Source: Tubiluchus corallicola
Taxonomy: Eukaryota; Animalia; Priapulida
Reading direction: 5' to 3'
DNA: 64,000 nucleotides
Assembly: GCA_030141605.1 (NCBI GenBank)
Contig: JAQGDQ010002404.1
Span: 1 to 64,000 of the forward strand
In this document: in pieces, positions 50,019 to 59,975 of the stretch
How the letters are laid out: each line of letters begins with the position of its first letter
Position numbering within the stretch: position 1 is the first letter of the stretch
Program-made: the position numbers and the translations under genes
The notes under the pieces: generated by a model
What the model saw: the letters and a program-made list of their open reading frames with translations, nothing else
The model's database searches: none
What the model was told of the DNA's origin: nothing

Positions 50019-52787
50019 TTAGTGAGCATCAAGCCAATTTTTAGCTGCATGTATTTCAACAGTGAGAGGTATCTGTATCTGTACAGCATTTTCCATTTCA
50101 AATTTTACAATTTCCATCAATTCTTCCAGTTCGGGCTTATAGGCATCAAAGTTCAATTCATCGTGCACTTGCAGGATCATTTTTGATTTCATCCCTTTTT
50201 CCTCCATTTTGCGATGTATGTTTATCATTGCGATTTTTATAATATCTGCTGCAGATCCTTGTATAGGCGCATTGACGGCATTTCGCTCGGCTATTTTTCT
50301 TACCATAGTGTTAGCTGAGTTTATATCGTTGAGGTATCGTTTTCTTCCCATCATAGTTTTTACAAATCCGTCTTTGCGTGCTTGTTCTATCTGTTTGTCA
50401 ATAAATTCTCTTACCATACCAAAGCTGCTAAAGTACCCATCTATCAGCTCTTTGGATTCGGCCCGGGGAATGTTAAGCCTTTGAGATAGTCCGAATGCAG
50501 AGATGCCGTATATAATTCCGAAGTTGGCGGTTTTGGCTTTTCTCCTCATTTCCGGTGTTACTCTGTCCATGTCTACACCAAATATCTTAGATGCTGTTGT
50601 TAGGTGTATGTCTTCACGTTTTCTGAATGCTTCGGCCATTTCATTATCTTGCGACATTGCTGCCATGATGCGAAGCTCTATTTGGGAGTAGTCGGCTGAG
50701 AGGTATATGTGTTCTTTGTCTGACGGGATAAATGCTCTTCTTATCTCTTTGCCACTTTCATCCCTGATGGGTATGTTTTGCATGTTTGGGTTTTTCGAGC
50801 TAAGCCTACCCGTTGCCACTACGGTTTGATTAAAGGAGGTGTGTATTTTACCTGTCACTGGGTTTACCAACCTGGGAAGGGCTTCCACGTAGGTAGACAG
50901 CAGTTTTTTTATCCCCCTGTATTCTAATATTTTCTGAACGATAGAGTGTTTGTTTTGTAACTGTACCAATACCTCTTCACTGGTAGAGTATTGTTTTGTT
51001 TTTGTCTTTTTTGCTTTAGGATTGAGTTTTAACTTGTCAAAAAGGATTGTTCCCAGCTGTTTTGGCGAAGATATATTAAACTCTTCTCCAGCCAGTTCTG
51101 TTATTTCCTTTTCAAGGCCTATTGCTACATTTCTTAGATGTTCTGCATATGTCAACAACGCATTTTTATCTATTTTTACGCCCGATAGTTCCATTGAAAC
51201 CAGTATTTTTACTAGTGGCATCTCTATTTCATGGAACAGCTTAGTCACACCGGTGCTCTCCATCTCTTTTAGAAGGATTGGTTTCAATCTTCGGGTTATA
51301 TCAGCGTCTTCACAGGCGTATTCAAGTAGTTTTTCGGGGGGTACTTGCCTCATTGAGCGCTGATTTTTTCCACGCTCCCCAATTAGGGACTCAATAGGTA
51401 TTTTAATGTATCCTAAGTATATTTTGCTAAGGTAGTCAAGGTTGTGTCGTAGTTCAGGCTGTATAAGGTAGTGAGCGATCATGGTGTCGAAGTAAGGTTC
51501 TTTTACTTCAGCACCATAGCGAGTCAGTATTAGTATGTCGTATTTAATGTTTTGTCCTATTTTCAAAATATTTTCATCTTCAAAGACCGAAGCAAACTCC
51601 TGTATAATAGCTTTAGCTGGTTCTGGATCAGGCGGCAGAGGTACAAAGTAGGCTTCCGTGTCACGAAAAGAGAAGGATATTCCTATTGGTTCAGCTGTGT
51701 GAGGGTCCAGTCCGGTGGTTTCGACATCAAAACAGAACTCTTTTTCTGCCTTAAGTCTGGAGTGGAGTTCTGATCTTTTCTTCTCCGAATCGACCAGTAC
51801 ATAGTTATGGTTTGCAGAGGTTAGTTTTTCGTTTTGCTTTTCTACTTTATGAGGTGGTGTCACTGGTTGTGACATGTTTGCAAATAGTGTACCTTCTCCA
51901 AATGCTATTTGTTGTGTAGCTCCATTGCCATACTGGGCGGCAAGTTTTGTGAATCCCAGATCATCAAATAGGTTGTGCAGCTTTTCTCTGTTGGGATCCA
52001 CTTTGCTCATTTGTTCGGGTTTTATATCGAGCGGTACGTCCAGAACTATTGTTGCAAGTTTTTTGGATAGCCTCACCTGCTCTTCATTTTCTTGTAAGCG
52101 CTCTTTTTGTTTCCCTTTCAGCTTACCTGTGTTTTGATAGATGTTATCTATGTTTTCAAACTGTTCGATTAACTGCATTGCTGTTTTTGGTCCTACTCCC
52201 GGGCATCCGGGTATATTATCAGCAGTATCGCCCATAAGCGCTAAGATATCTATTACCTGTGTGGGGTTAGATACCCGGAAGTTATCCATTACTTGCTCTA
52301 CTCCCCAGATCTCCACATCATTCCCCATGCGCTTGGGTTTATACATAAATATGTTTTCGGATACTAGCTGGGCGTAGTCTTTGTCAGGGGTTATCATGTA
52401 GACTTCAAAGTCTTCTTTGCAGGCCTGTTTTGCTATGGTTCCGATAACATCATCCGCCTCATATCCCTTTTTTTCAATTATTGGAATATTGTAGGCCTCT
52501 ATGATTTTTCGTATGTAGGGTATAGAGTTTCTAATATCTTCGGGCATCTCTTCACGTTGTGCCTTGTATTTTTTAAATATTTTGTGCCTGAATGTAGGTT
52601 CTGACATGTCAAAGGCTACCGCTATATGAGAGGGTTCTTCTTTTTTCAAAAGCTGCTCCAAAGTATTTGTAAAGCCGAATATTGCGGAGGTATTAATGCC
52701 CTTGGGGCTATATCGCGGGTTTTTTATGAAGGCGAAGTACGCCCTGTATATAAGTGCGTATGCATCAAGAAGAAATAGCTTTTTCAT
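50019..52787 (-). CDS. polA: DNA polymerase I
   Basis: 5'-3' exonuclease LLDAYALIYRA, 3'-5' exonuclease DVETT, and polymerase DYSQIELR, RRKAK.ANFGIIYG and QVHDEL motifs. Confidence 0.98.
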   Translation of the reverse strand: MKKLFLLDAYALIYRAYFAFIKNPRYSPKGINTSAIFGFTNTLEQLLKKEEPSHIAVAFDMSEPTFRHKIFKKYKAQREEMPEDIRNSIPYIRKIIEAYNIPIIEKKGYEADDVIGTIAKQACKEDFEVYMITPDKDYAQLVSENIFMYKPKRMGNDVEIWGVEQVMDNFRVSNPTQVIDILALMGDTADNIPGCPGVGPKTAMQLIEQFENIDNIYQNTGKLKGKQKERLQENEEQVRLSKKLATIVLDVPLDIKPEQMSKVDPNREKLHNLFDDLGFTKLAAQYGNGATQQIAFGEGTLFANMSQPVTPPHKVEKQNEKLTSANHNYVLVDSEKKRSELHSRLKAEKEFCFDVETTGLDPHTAEPIGISFSFRDTEAYFVPLPPDPEPAKAIIQEFASVFEDENILKIGQNIKYDILILTRYGAEVKEPYFDTMIAHYLIQPELRHNLDYLSKIYLGYIKIPIESLIGERGKNQRSMRQVPPEKLLEYACEDADITRRLKPILLKEMESTGVTKLFHEIEMPLVKILVSMELSGVKIDKNALLTYAEHLRNVAIGLEKEITELAGEEFNISSPKQLGTILFDKLKLNPKAKKTKTKQYSTSEEVLVQLQNKHSIVQKILEYRGIKKLLSTYVEALPRLVNPVTGKIHTSFNQTVVATGRLSSKNPNMQNIPIRDESGKEIRRAFIPSDKEHIYLSADYSQIELRIMAAMSQDNEMAEAFRKREDIHLTTASKIFGVDMDRVTPEMRRKAKTANFGIIYGISAFGLSQRLNIPRAESKELIDGYFSSFGMVREFIDKQIEQARKDGFVKTMMGRKRYLNDINSANTMVRKIAERNAVNAPIQGSAADIIKIAMINIHRKMEEKGMKSKMILQVHDELNFDAYKPELEELMEIVKFEMENAVQIQIPLTVEIHAAKNWLDAH

Positions 52788-52851
52788 TATAAAGTACAGC
52801 CTGTTTTGCTGTTTTTGAAAGGGTAAATTGTTATGTTACATCAAGCTCACA

Positions 52852-52859
52852 CAAAGATA
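52852..52859 (-). promoter_or_regulatory. -7 promoter element for polA
   Basis: TATCTTTG on the minus strand. Confidence 0.55.
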
Positions 52860-53483
52860 TAAATACTGGTATTTTTGCAAAACTTATCTTTTTACTAAAC
52901 TAATGTTATTCGTCAAAATCCTCATTTAGGTCACTACTGAAAGAGGTCAAAGGTGTTTTTCAACGTTGCCCGGTTTAATATGCCTGGGATGGGGCTCTTA
53001 TTTTTAAAGAGTAATAGAGTCAGGGTTTTAGTAATTGATCCCCATTCAGGTTATTTAGTGATAGGTATGATCTTTTTCCTAATGTTTCTCGTAGGATGGA
53101 GCGTGCATAATGAAAGTTTTATCTATATTTTAGTGTGAGCATTTGTTGCAAGCAGTTTCTACATGAGTAAGAGCATGAGTGGTAACTATCGATGTAGAGC
53201 TCAGTTTTGAGCTGCTTGGAGTGTTATGGTTTTATTCTTACTTATAATTATTTAGCAAGGACATGTCAATACACTGTTGAGTGGATATACCGGGGATAGC
53301 TTTTGCATATGTAATACTTAATGCTAATTAGGGGTCTTTTTCACACTGAATTGCCTTGTTTGATTGCACAGTTTTTAATAGTTTCAAAATTTTGCTTAAG
53401 TTCGTTCTGACAGGTTTTCTGTTTTTATTTATGGTTTTAAGAGTCATATAAAAATATAGTAGTATATAACTCATCTTATTATT

Positions 53484-54656
53484 GTGCCGATATTTAAGTT
53501 AGCACTTAGAAACCTTTTAGGGGCGGGGCTCAGAGTATGGCTCAACGCTTTTGTTCTCTCTTTGTCATATGTTTTGATTATATGGCATCAGGGTATTATA
53601 GATGGCTGGGATATGCAGGCTAAGCGTGATATGATTGCGTGGGAGGTTGGCGGAGGTCAGTTTTGGCATCCCGATTACGATCCTTATGATCCATTTACAC
53701 TTGAAAGCTGTCATGCGCCTATTCCGGAAGAGTTACAGCAGGTGGTGGATAGCGGAGCTGTTGTGCCTATTGTTATTTCACAAGGCACATTATATCCTGC
53801 GGGTAGGATGCAGTCGGTAATATTAAAGGGTATTCCTCCGGAGCAGACCGTTTTGGAGCTTCCGACTTCAGTTCTGAAGGGTGGTGGTTTTTTAGCTTCA
53901 GCGCTGATAGGCAAGAGGATGGCTAAAAGCTGTGAGCTTGATAAGGGAGATATAGTTCTTGTTAGGTGGCGTGACTCTAATGGCACATTTGATGCGACTG
54001 AGATAGTGATTGCAGATGTGTTTGACACCAATGTTCCTGCTGTAGATATGGGTGTTGTGTGGCTCTCTTTGGAAGGGTTGCAAGGCATGCTGCAGCTGCC
54101 TGGTGAAGCTACCATGCTTGTAGTGTCTTCCGAATATCGGGAGTTGTCGGATATGGGAGGTTGGAGTTATAAGTCGGTGGATGAGCTTACTGTTGATCTT
54201 ACCCGGGTTATAAAATCGAAGTCGATTGGCGGTTCGGTGCTTTATGTGGTTCTTATGGCGTTAGCTATGCTTGCTGTGTTTGACACACAGGTTTTATCGG
54301 TCTTCAGGCGGCAGAAAGAGATTGGGCTGTTCATGGCTTTAGGAATGACCCGGCGAGGTGTTGTGTGGCTTTTTACTCTTGAGGGAGCTATGAACTCTTT
54401 GTTTGCGCTATTTATGGCTGCAGTTTACGGATTACCACTGTTCTATTACACTTCTGCAAAAGGCTATTCAATGCCTGCTGGTAGTGATGAGTATGGCTTG
54501 GCTATTGCGGAAATTATATATCCCGAGTATGGTTTGGGTCTAGTGCTGGGTACTATTGCTTTTATAGTGATAGCAACAACAGTTGTAAGCTATCTGCCAT
54601 CCGGGAAGATATCGAACATGAACCCGACTGATGCAATAAGAGGAAGGCTACAATGA
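53484..54656 (+). CDS. ABC transporter permease, FtsX/LolE/MacB-like
   Basis: KLALRNL...R N-terminus, large periplasmic domain, RR.KEIG...ALGM and C-terminal P.DA.R. Confidence 0.88.
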   Translation: MPIFKLALRNLLGAGLRVWLNAFVLSLSYVLIIWHQGIIDGWDMQAKRDMIAWEVGGGQFWHPDYDPYDPFTLESCHAPIPEELQQVVDSGAVVPIVISQGTLYPAGRMQSVILKGIPPEQTVLELPTSVLKGGGFLASALIGKRMAKSCELDKGDIVLVRWRDSNGTFDATEIVIADVFDTNVPAVDMGVVWLSLEGLQGMLQLPGEATMLVVSSEYRELSDMGGWSYKSVDELTVDLTRVIKSKSIGGSVLYVVLMALAMLAVFDTQVLSVFRRQKEIGLFMALGMTRRGVVWLFTLEGAMNSLFALFMAAVYGLPLFYYTSAKGYSMPAGSDEYGLAIAEIIYPEYGLGLVLGTIAFIVIATTVVSYLPSGKISNMNPTDAIRGRLQ

Positions 54657-55930
54657 TACTATTTTTGTATAGAGGATTGTTCCGGGATAAGCAGCGCAGT
54701 AAGTTGCCTGTGATAATTGTTAGCCTGGGAGTTATGCTGACCGTTCTTCTGTCGTGTTGGGTTGAGGGTGTGGTGAGCAACGGTATAGATATGAATGCGC
54801 GTTTTAGCACTGGGCATGTTAAAGTGATGTCCGGGCCATATGCCGATCATGAAGAGCAGGTACCTAATGATCTTGCACTGATGGATGTTTCCGGGTTGGT
54901 AGATGAGTTGAAGGAGATCTATCCTGATATGCACTGGGTGGAGCGGATCCGCCTTGGCGGGTTGCTGGATGTTCCTGATGAGCTAGGGGAGACAAAGTCA
55001 CAAGGCCCGGTTAGCGGTATTGCTATAGATCTTTTTAATGATAATCAGGGGGAGCTTGAGCGCCTGAACATATCCCGTTCGCTTGTGAAAGGTGGGCGTA
55101 TACCTGAGTTGCCGGGAGAGGTTCTTTTAAGTGATAGTTTTGCTGTGAAGATGGGGGTATCTCCCGGTGATAATATAACAATAATAAGCTCTACTATGCA
55201 TGGTGGTATGGCGTTTTATAATTTGACGCTAGTCGGAACTGTGAATTTTGGTTCTGCTTACCTTGACAGGGGTACCATAATAGTTGATATTTCTGATGCA
55301 AGGCTTATACTTGACATGCATGATGCAGCGGGTGAGATACTGGGGTACTTTGATGATGGTTATTATAATGATAAGCTTGCCGTAGCTATTTCCAGTACTT
55401 TTAACAAGAGGCATGCAGGGTCTGATGATGAGTTTGCTCCGGTTATGGTTGCGCTAAGTGGTAGGCAGTATTTGGGGCAGATGCTTTCAATGGCAAAAAA
55501 TATGGGAGCTATTGTTTCTACCGTGTTTATTGTAATAATGTCAATAGTCCTTTGGAATGCTGGGATTCTTGGGGGATTGCGCCGCTATGGTGAGTTTGGG
55601 CTTCGGCTGGCTGTAGGCGAGGGTAGAGGGCATATTTATGGATCCCTGGTTGGGGAGTCTGTTATTGTAGGTGTTACAGGCTCTATTTTGGGTACGTTTG
55701 CAGGTTTGTTATTGGCTTGGTGGCTACAGAGCTACGGGATTGATTTTTCCAAAGTAATGAAGAATGTAAGTATGATGATACCGACGGTTTACAGGGCACG
55801 CATAACCCCGGAGGCTTTTTATATAGGGCTTGTGCCGGGCATGCTTTCAACCGTAATGGGGGCAATGCTTTCCGGGATAGGGATATACAGGCGCGGGACG
55901 GCAGGTTTGTTTAAAGAGCTTGAGAATTAA
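54653..55930 (+). CDS. ABC transporter permease, FtsX/LolE/MacB-like
   Basis: Same topology; RRYGEFGLRLAVGE motif. Overlaps the upstream gene by ATGA. Confidence 0.88.
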   Translation: MILFLYRGLFRDKQRSKLPVIIVSLGVMLTVLLSCWVEGVVSNGIDMNARFSTGHVKVMSGPYADHEEQVPNDLALMDVSGLVDELKEIYPDMHWVERIRLGGLLDVPDELGETKSQGPVSGIAIDLFNDNQGELERLNISRSLVKGGRIPELPGEVLLSDSFAVKMGVSPGDNITIISSTMHGGMAFYNLTLVGTVNFGSAYLDRGTIIVDISDARLILDMHDAAGEILGYFDDGYYNDKLAVAISSTFNKRHAGSDDEFAPVMVALSGRQYLGQMLSMAKNMGAIVSTVFIVIMSIVLWNAGILGGLRRYGEFGLRLAVGEGRGHIYGSLVGESVIVGVTGSILGTFAGLLLAWWLQSYGIDFSKVMKNVSMMIPTVYRARITPEAFYIGLVPGMLSTVMGAMLSGIGIYRRGTAGLFKELEN

Positions 55931-56098
55931 GCTATGAGGCTGTTTTTTGTAGTGTAAAGTGTGGTTCAGTCTGAAGGGTAACAGTGTAAGAGTCGCAATT
56001 TACAGAGGCAAGTGAGTATTTTTGACGGAAGTGTAAAAGAGATGAGTTTTGCAAGGTCGAGGTCAGGTGTATAGGTAGTGTAAAAGTTAAGAGCAGAT

Positions 56099-56836
56099 AT
56101 GGTAAGAAAATTGATAGTGGTTTTTATGATGTTGCCTCTTTTTGCTTTGGGCGGGTATCCTGAAGGGAAAGATGTTTTGGCGCGTATTGATAAAAATATG
56201 ACTTCGACGAATAGCGTTATTGTGGCAAAAATGATTGTCCATGGAAGGCGTTTAAGTCGTACTATGGAGTTTAAAACCTGGTCGGAAGGGGAGGATAATG
56301 GGTTTACCGAGTATTTTTCTCCCGCAAGGGAGAAGGGCACAAAGATGCTTAAGCAGGGAGATAGGTTGTGGATTTACTCTCCTTCGACGGACCGTATTAT
56401 TCAAATATCAGGTCATATGTTGCGTCAGTCTGTTATGGGTTCTGACTTGTCGTATGAAGATATGATGGAAGAGCAGGAGTTGGCACTTCATTATGATGCT
56501 GTTGTTGTTGGAGAGGAGCAGATAGAGGGGAGGGACTGTCTGATAGTTAACCTTACTGCCAAGAGGGAAGGCGTTGCATATTACAAGCGTAAGTTGTGGG
56601 TAGATAGTGAGCGGTTTGTGCCGGTGAAAGAGGAGCTTTTTGCTAAAAGTGGTAAGCTTTTAAAGAGAACAGAGATGTTTGATATTACCAATATTGATGG
56701 GAGATGGTATCCTAAAAGACTTATTTTTAAGGATATGCTAAAGCAGGGAAAGGGGACAGAGTTTATTATTGATAAAATAGAGTTTAATGTTGATATTCCT
56801 GGGTATATTTTTAACAAAGCTTCTTTAAAAAAGTAG
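56099..56836 (+). CDS. Outer membrane lipoprotein-sorting protein (LolA-like)
   Basis: Signal peptide, PAREKGTKMLK..D.LWIYSP and QSVMGSDLSYED motifs. Confidence 0.88.
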   Translation: MVRKLIVVFMMLPLFALGGYPEGKDVLARIDKNMTSTNSVIVAKMIVHGRRLSRTMEFKTWSEGEDNGFTEYFSPAREKGTKMLKQGDRLWIYSPSTDRIIQISGHMLRQSVMGSDLSYEDMMEEQELALHYDAVVVGEEQIEGRDCLIVNLTAKREGVAYYKRKLWVDSERFVPVKEELFAKSGKLLKRTEMFDITNIDGRWYPKRLIFKDMLKQGKGTEFIIDKIEFNVDIPGYIFNKASLKK

Positions 56837-56936
56837 GTGTTATGGTAAAAGTAGGTGTTATGGTAAAAGTAGGTGTTATGGTAAAAGTAGGTGTTATGGT
56901 AAAAGTAGGTGTTATGGTAAAAGTAGGTGTTATGGT
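56829..56936. repeat. 18-bp tandem repeat AAAAGTAGGTGTTATGGT x6
   Basis: Six perfect copies; the first contains the stop codon of the LolA-like gene. Confidence 0.97.
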
Positions 56937-56990
56937 AATAGTGTAGTGCTTTTAACTTGCCTATAGATTTTCATTTTATTTAAATAGTGT

Positions 56991-56998
56991 TAGCTTTG
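56991..56998 (+). promoter_or_regulatory. -7 promoter element for the zapB-like/zapA operon
   Basis: TAGCTTTG just upstream of ATG 57016. Confidence 0.55.
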
Positions 56999-57015
56999 TA
57001 AATAAATCTGTGATT

Positions 57016-57306
57016 ATGACAGAACGAGAGCTTGCTTTATTGACTGAATTTAGGGAGAATATTAGGAGGCTGATTGGGTTGTGTGATCGGATAAAGATGG
57101 AGAATAGCCGACTGATAGAAAAGAATGTGGGACTGCAGGAGCAGATAGATCTTCTTAGCCAAAAGGGGGCGGCTCTTGATAAAAAGAATGAGGAGATGGA
57201 GTTTGCAAAGTCGTTGCTGGGACTTGAAGATCCTAGTAATGCCAAAGCTAAAATAAGTAAAATTGTACGGGAGATTGATAGTTGTATTGCCTTAATGAGT
57301 GATTGA
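57016..57306 (+). CDS. Coiled-coil protein upstream of zapA (ZapB-like)
   Basis: Coiled coil ending in AK.KISKIVREID.CIALM, conserved before zapA in Bacteroidota. Confidence 0.8.
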   Translation: MTERELALLTEFRENIRRLIGLCDRIKMENSRLIEKNVGLQEQIDLLSQKGAALDKKNEEMEFAKSLLGLEDPSNAKAKISKIVREIDSCIALMSD

Positions 57307-57319
57307 GTAGTTTATAGAG

Positions 57320-57607
57320 ATGGAAGATAAACTTTTAGTAAAGATTATTATAGCTGATCGTTCCTACCCACTGCGTGTAAGTAGGGATGAAGAGGAGAAG
57401 ATAAGGAAGGCTGCGAAAGTTATTAATGATAAGGTGTTGCAGTACAAGGAGCGTTACCCAAGTAAGAATAGCCAGGACTGTTTGGCTATGTGTGCATTAC
57501 ATATTGTAATACAGAAGCTTGACGTTGATGTCAGAAACGATATATTGCCTTTGATGGAAGAGGTTGAAGAGATGAATGACCTGCTTGCGGGGTATCTTGA
57601 GGAATAG
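57320..57607 (+). CDS. zapA: Cell division protein ZapA
   Basis: IADR.YPL.V...EEE.IRKAAK.I and QDCLAM.AL motifs. Confidence 0.9.
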   Translation: MEDKLLVKIIIADRSYPLRVSRDEEEKIRKAAKVINDKVLQYKERYPSKNSQDCLAMCALHIVIQKLDVDVRNDILPLMEEVEEMNDLLAGYLEE

Positions 57608-57645
57608 ATAGTCTGTAGCAGTATAACACCCGTAGGTGATATTTG

Positions 57646-57709
57646 CCCGCATTTTACTTTTTAAAGCGAGTTGTAAAAATACAGTGCTTTGAAGTGTTGA
57701 GATAGCGGG
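57646..57709 (+). ncRNA. Candidate 6S-like RNA (short, possibly degenerate)
   Basis: CCCGC...GCGGG closing stem followed by a T-run, directly downstream of zapA, a known 6S RNA neighbourhood. Only 64 nt from stem arm to stem arm. Confidence 0.35.
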
Positions 57710-57750
57710 TTTTTTTGTATGTAAAACATAAAATTAAATTAAAATTAGAT

Positions 57751-59304
57751 ATGTCAATAACAGGGTTTATAGTTGTTGCTTTTATAGTTGGAGTTCTTGC
57801 TTCCTATTTTATATGGAATTTTGCTTTAAGAAGGAAGAAGAGCAGGCTGTTGAATGAGGCGGAGGTTCATTCCGAGATGCTGAGAGAGAAGAGGATTCTT
57901 CAGGCAAAAGAGAAGTTTATCCAGTTGAAAGCAAAGCATGAGAAGTATATAAATGAAAAGCGGGTAGGTGTTTCCGAGGCGGAGAACAGGTTGAAGCAGA
58001 AAGAGGCATCTTTTATCCAGCGCAGGGATGAGTTTCAGAAAAGGGTAAAAGATTTTGAGATTTCCAAAAAGGAGGTTGAGTCTGTACGTCAAAACTTTAA
58101 TAACCAACTGAAGGCTGTTGAGTTAAAGAGAGAGGAGCTTGCCAAAATGCATAAGCGGCAGGTAGACCAGTTGGAGCAGATATCGGAGCTTTCTGCTGAA
58201 GAGGCTAAAAAGCAGCTTGTTGAGTCTTTAAAAGGGGAGGCTAAGAGTGAGGCTATGTCTTATGTTCAAGAGGTAATGGATGATGCCAAGATGACTGCGA
58301 ACAAGGAGGCTAAGAAGGTTATAATCAAGTCCATACAGAGGGTGGCAACAGAGACGGCTATAGAGAATGCTGTTACTATTTTCCATATCGATAATGATGA
58401 GATAAAGGGGCGAATTATAGGGCGTGAAGGGCGTAATATACGGGCTCTAGAAGCAGCTACAGGTGTAGAGATAGTGGTAGATGACACTCCTGAGGCTATA
58501 GTGCTGTCTGCCTTTGATCCAGTTCGCCGTGAGGTTGCACGTCTTGCGTTGCACAGGCTTGTAACAGATGGGAGGATCCACCCTGCCCGTATCGAAGAGG
58601 TTGTGAATAAGATAAAGACCCAGATTGAGGAGGAGGTTGTAGAGGCGGGTAAAAGAACTTGTATTGATTTGGGTATACACGGTATGCATCCTGAGTTGAT
58701 AAGGCTAACAGGCAAGATGAAGTATCGTTCGTCGTATGGACAAAACCTGCTTCAGCATTCGCGAGAGACAGCTAATTTGTGTGCAATAATGGCAGTGGAG
58801 CTTGGGCTGAACCCTAAGCGCGCAAAGCGGGCAGGCCTGCTTCATGATATAGGTAAGGTGCCTGATGATGAGCCGGAACTGCCTCACTCAATATTGGGTA
58901 TGAATCTTGCGGAGAAGTATAAGGAGAAGCCGGATATTTGCAATGCCATTGGTTCTCATCATGATGAGGTTGAGATGACCAGTCTGCTTGCACCAATAGT
59001 ACAGGCTTGTGATGCTATATCTGGTGCCCGGCCGGGTGCCCGCCGGGAGGCTGTGGAGTCGTATATAAAGAGGTTAAAGGATCTTGAGGCGATGGCACTA
59101 TCTTATCCCGGTGTGGTGAAAACATATGCTATTCAGGCAGGGCGCGAGCTACGTGTGATCGTGGGAAGCGATAAGCTTACTGATAATGAGACGGAGCAGT
59201 TGTCGTACGATATAGCTAAAAAGATACAGGATGAGATGACTTATCCCGGGCAGGTAAAAGTTACCGTTATAAGGGAGACCCGTGCTGTGAATTATGCTAA
59301 ATAG
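57751..59304 (+). CDS. rny: Ribonuclease Y
   Basis: N-terminal TM, coiled coil, KH domain ([13 protein letters not shown]), HD domain (LLHDIGK), [11 protein letters not shown] and [10 protein letters not shown]. Confidence 0.97.
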   Translation: MSITGFIVVAFIVGVLASYFIWNFALRRKKSRLLNEAEVHSEMLREKRILQAKEKFIQLKAKHEKYINEKRVGVSEAENRLKQKEASFIQRRDEFQKRVKDFEISKKEVESVRQNFNNQLKAVELKREELAKMHKRQVDQLEQISELSAEEAKKQLVESLKGEAKSEAMSYVQEVMDDAKMTANKEAKKVIIKSIQRVATETAIENAVTIFHIDNDEIKGRIIGREGRNIRALEAATGVEIVVDDTPEAIVLSAFDPVRREVARLALHRLVTDGRIHPARIEEVVNKIKTQIEEEVVEAGKRTCIDLGIHGMHPELIRLTGKMKYRSSYGQNLLQHSRETANLCAIMAVELGLNPKRAKRAGLLHDIGKVPDDEPELPHSILGMNLAEKYKEKPDICNAIGSHHDEVEMTSLLAPIVQACDAISGARPGARREAVESYIKRLKDLEAMALSYPGVVKTYAIQAGRELRVIVGSDKLTDNETEQLSYDIAKKIQDEMTYPGQVKVTVIRETRAVNYAK

Positions 59305-59417
59305 GTATAGCTATTTTTTGTTGAAGTATTTTTTAAATTCTAATTATATTTTGCACTTGTAAGAGTTGCGATATCAAGTATTATTCTTGCCACATAGTGA
59401 TATAAAAAGTTAAAGAA

Positions 59418-59975
59418 ATGAGAAGGGCGTTATTGACATTTTTGATTCTATCGTGTTTTGCTGTTGGAGCCATATCACAAGAATCACAGGAAAAGAATTT
59501 TACCGGTAGATTATCGGTGGGTGCTCAGTTGGGGCAGTATCAAAAGGATTTTGGGTTTGGGATGCATATAACAAGCCCATATTTTAAAGATTTAGTGGCT
59601 GTCAGAGCGAGAGGGAATTTTATGTGGAATGAGTACCTCAGATATACGGGAGACACTGGAGATACTTATATAGCGACCCAGGGGTCGTATTCAAATGTGT
59701 CTATGGGTCTTCTTGCAGGCAGGAAGGTATCAGATTTTGCTCGCTTTTATGGAGAGGCTGGAGCTATTTTTCTGTTTCCGCCATGTGCGCTTTCGCCAGA
59801 CAATTATAATGCCGGATTTTACGGACTGCTCGGTTTCGAATTTTTTATAAGTAAGCGATCCGGCTGTTTTATCGATATAGGTGGTGTTAAAGGAGCAAGA
59901 GCGACTGAAGTGATATATGACCCGTTTTATTCAAACGGATTACTGGTACATGCGGGATACAGGTTTTATTTATAA
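59418..59975 (+). CDS. Hypothetical exported protein, probable small outer-membrane beta-barrel
   Basis: Signal peptide, alternating aromatic/glycine strands and C-terminal AGYRFYL. Confidence 0.6.
   Translation: MRRALLTFLILSCFAVGAISQESQEKNFTGRLSVGAQLGQYQKDFGFGMHITSPYFKDLVAVRARGNFMWNEYLRYTGDTGDTYIATQGSYSNVSMGLLAGRKVSDFARFYGEAGAIFLFPPCALSPDNYNAGFYGLLGFEFFISKRSGCFIDIGGVKGARATEVIYDPFYSNGLLVHAGYRFYL

Noticed and set aside
52900-53480. Possible decayed regulator gene upstream of the ABC permeases
   Set aside because: I could not recover any recognisable protein motif by manual translation.
56829-56936. CRISPR array or iterons
   Set aside because: The units are head-to-tail with no spacers, and there is no rep gene nearby.
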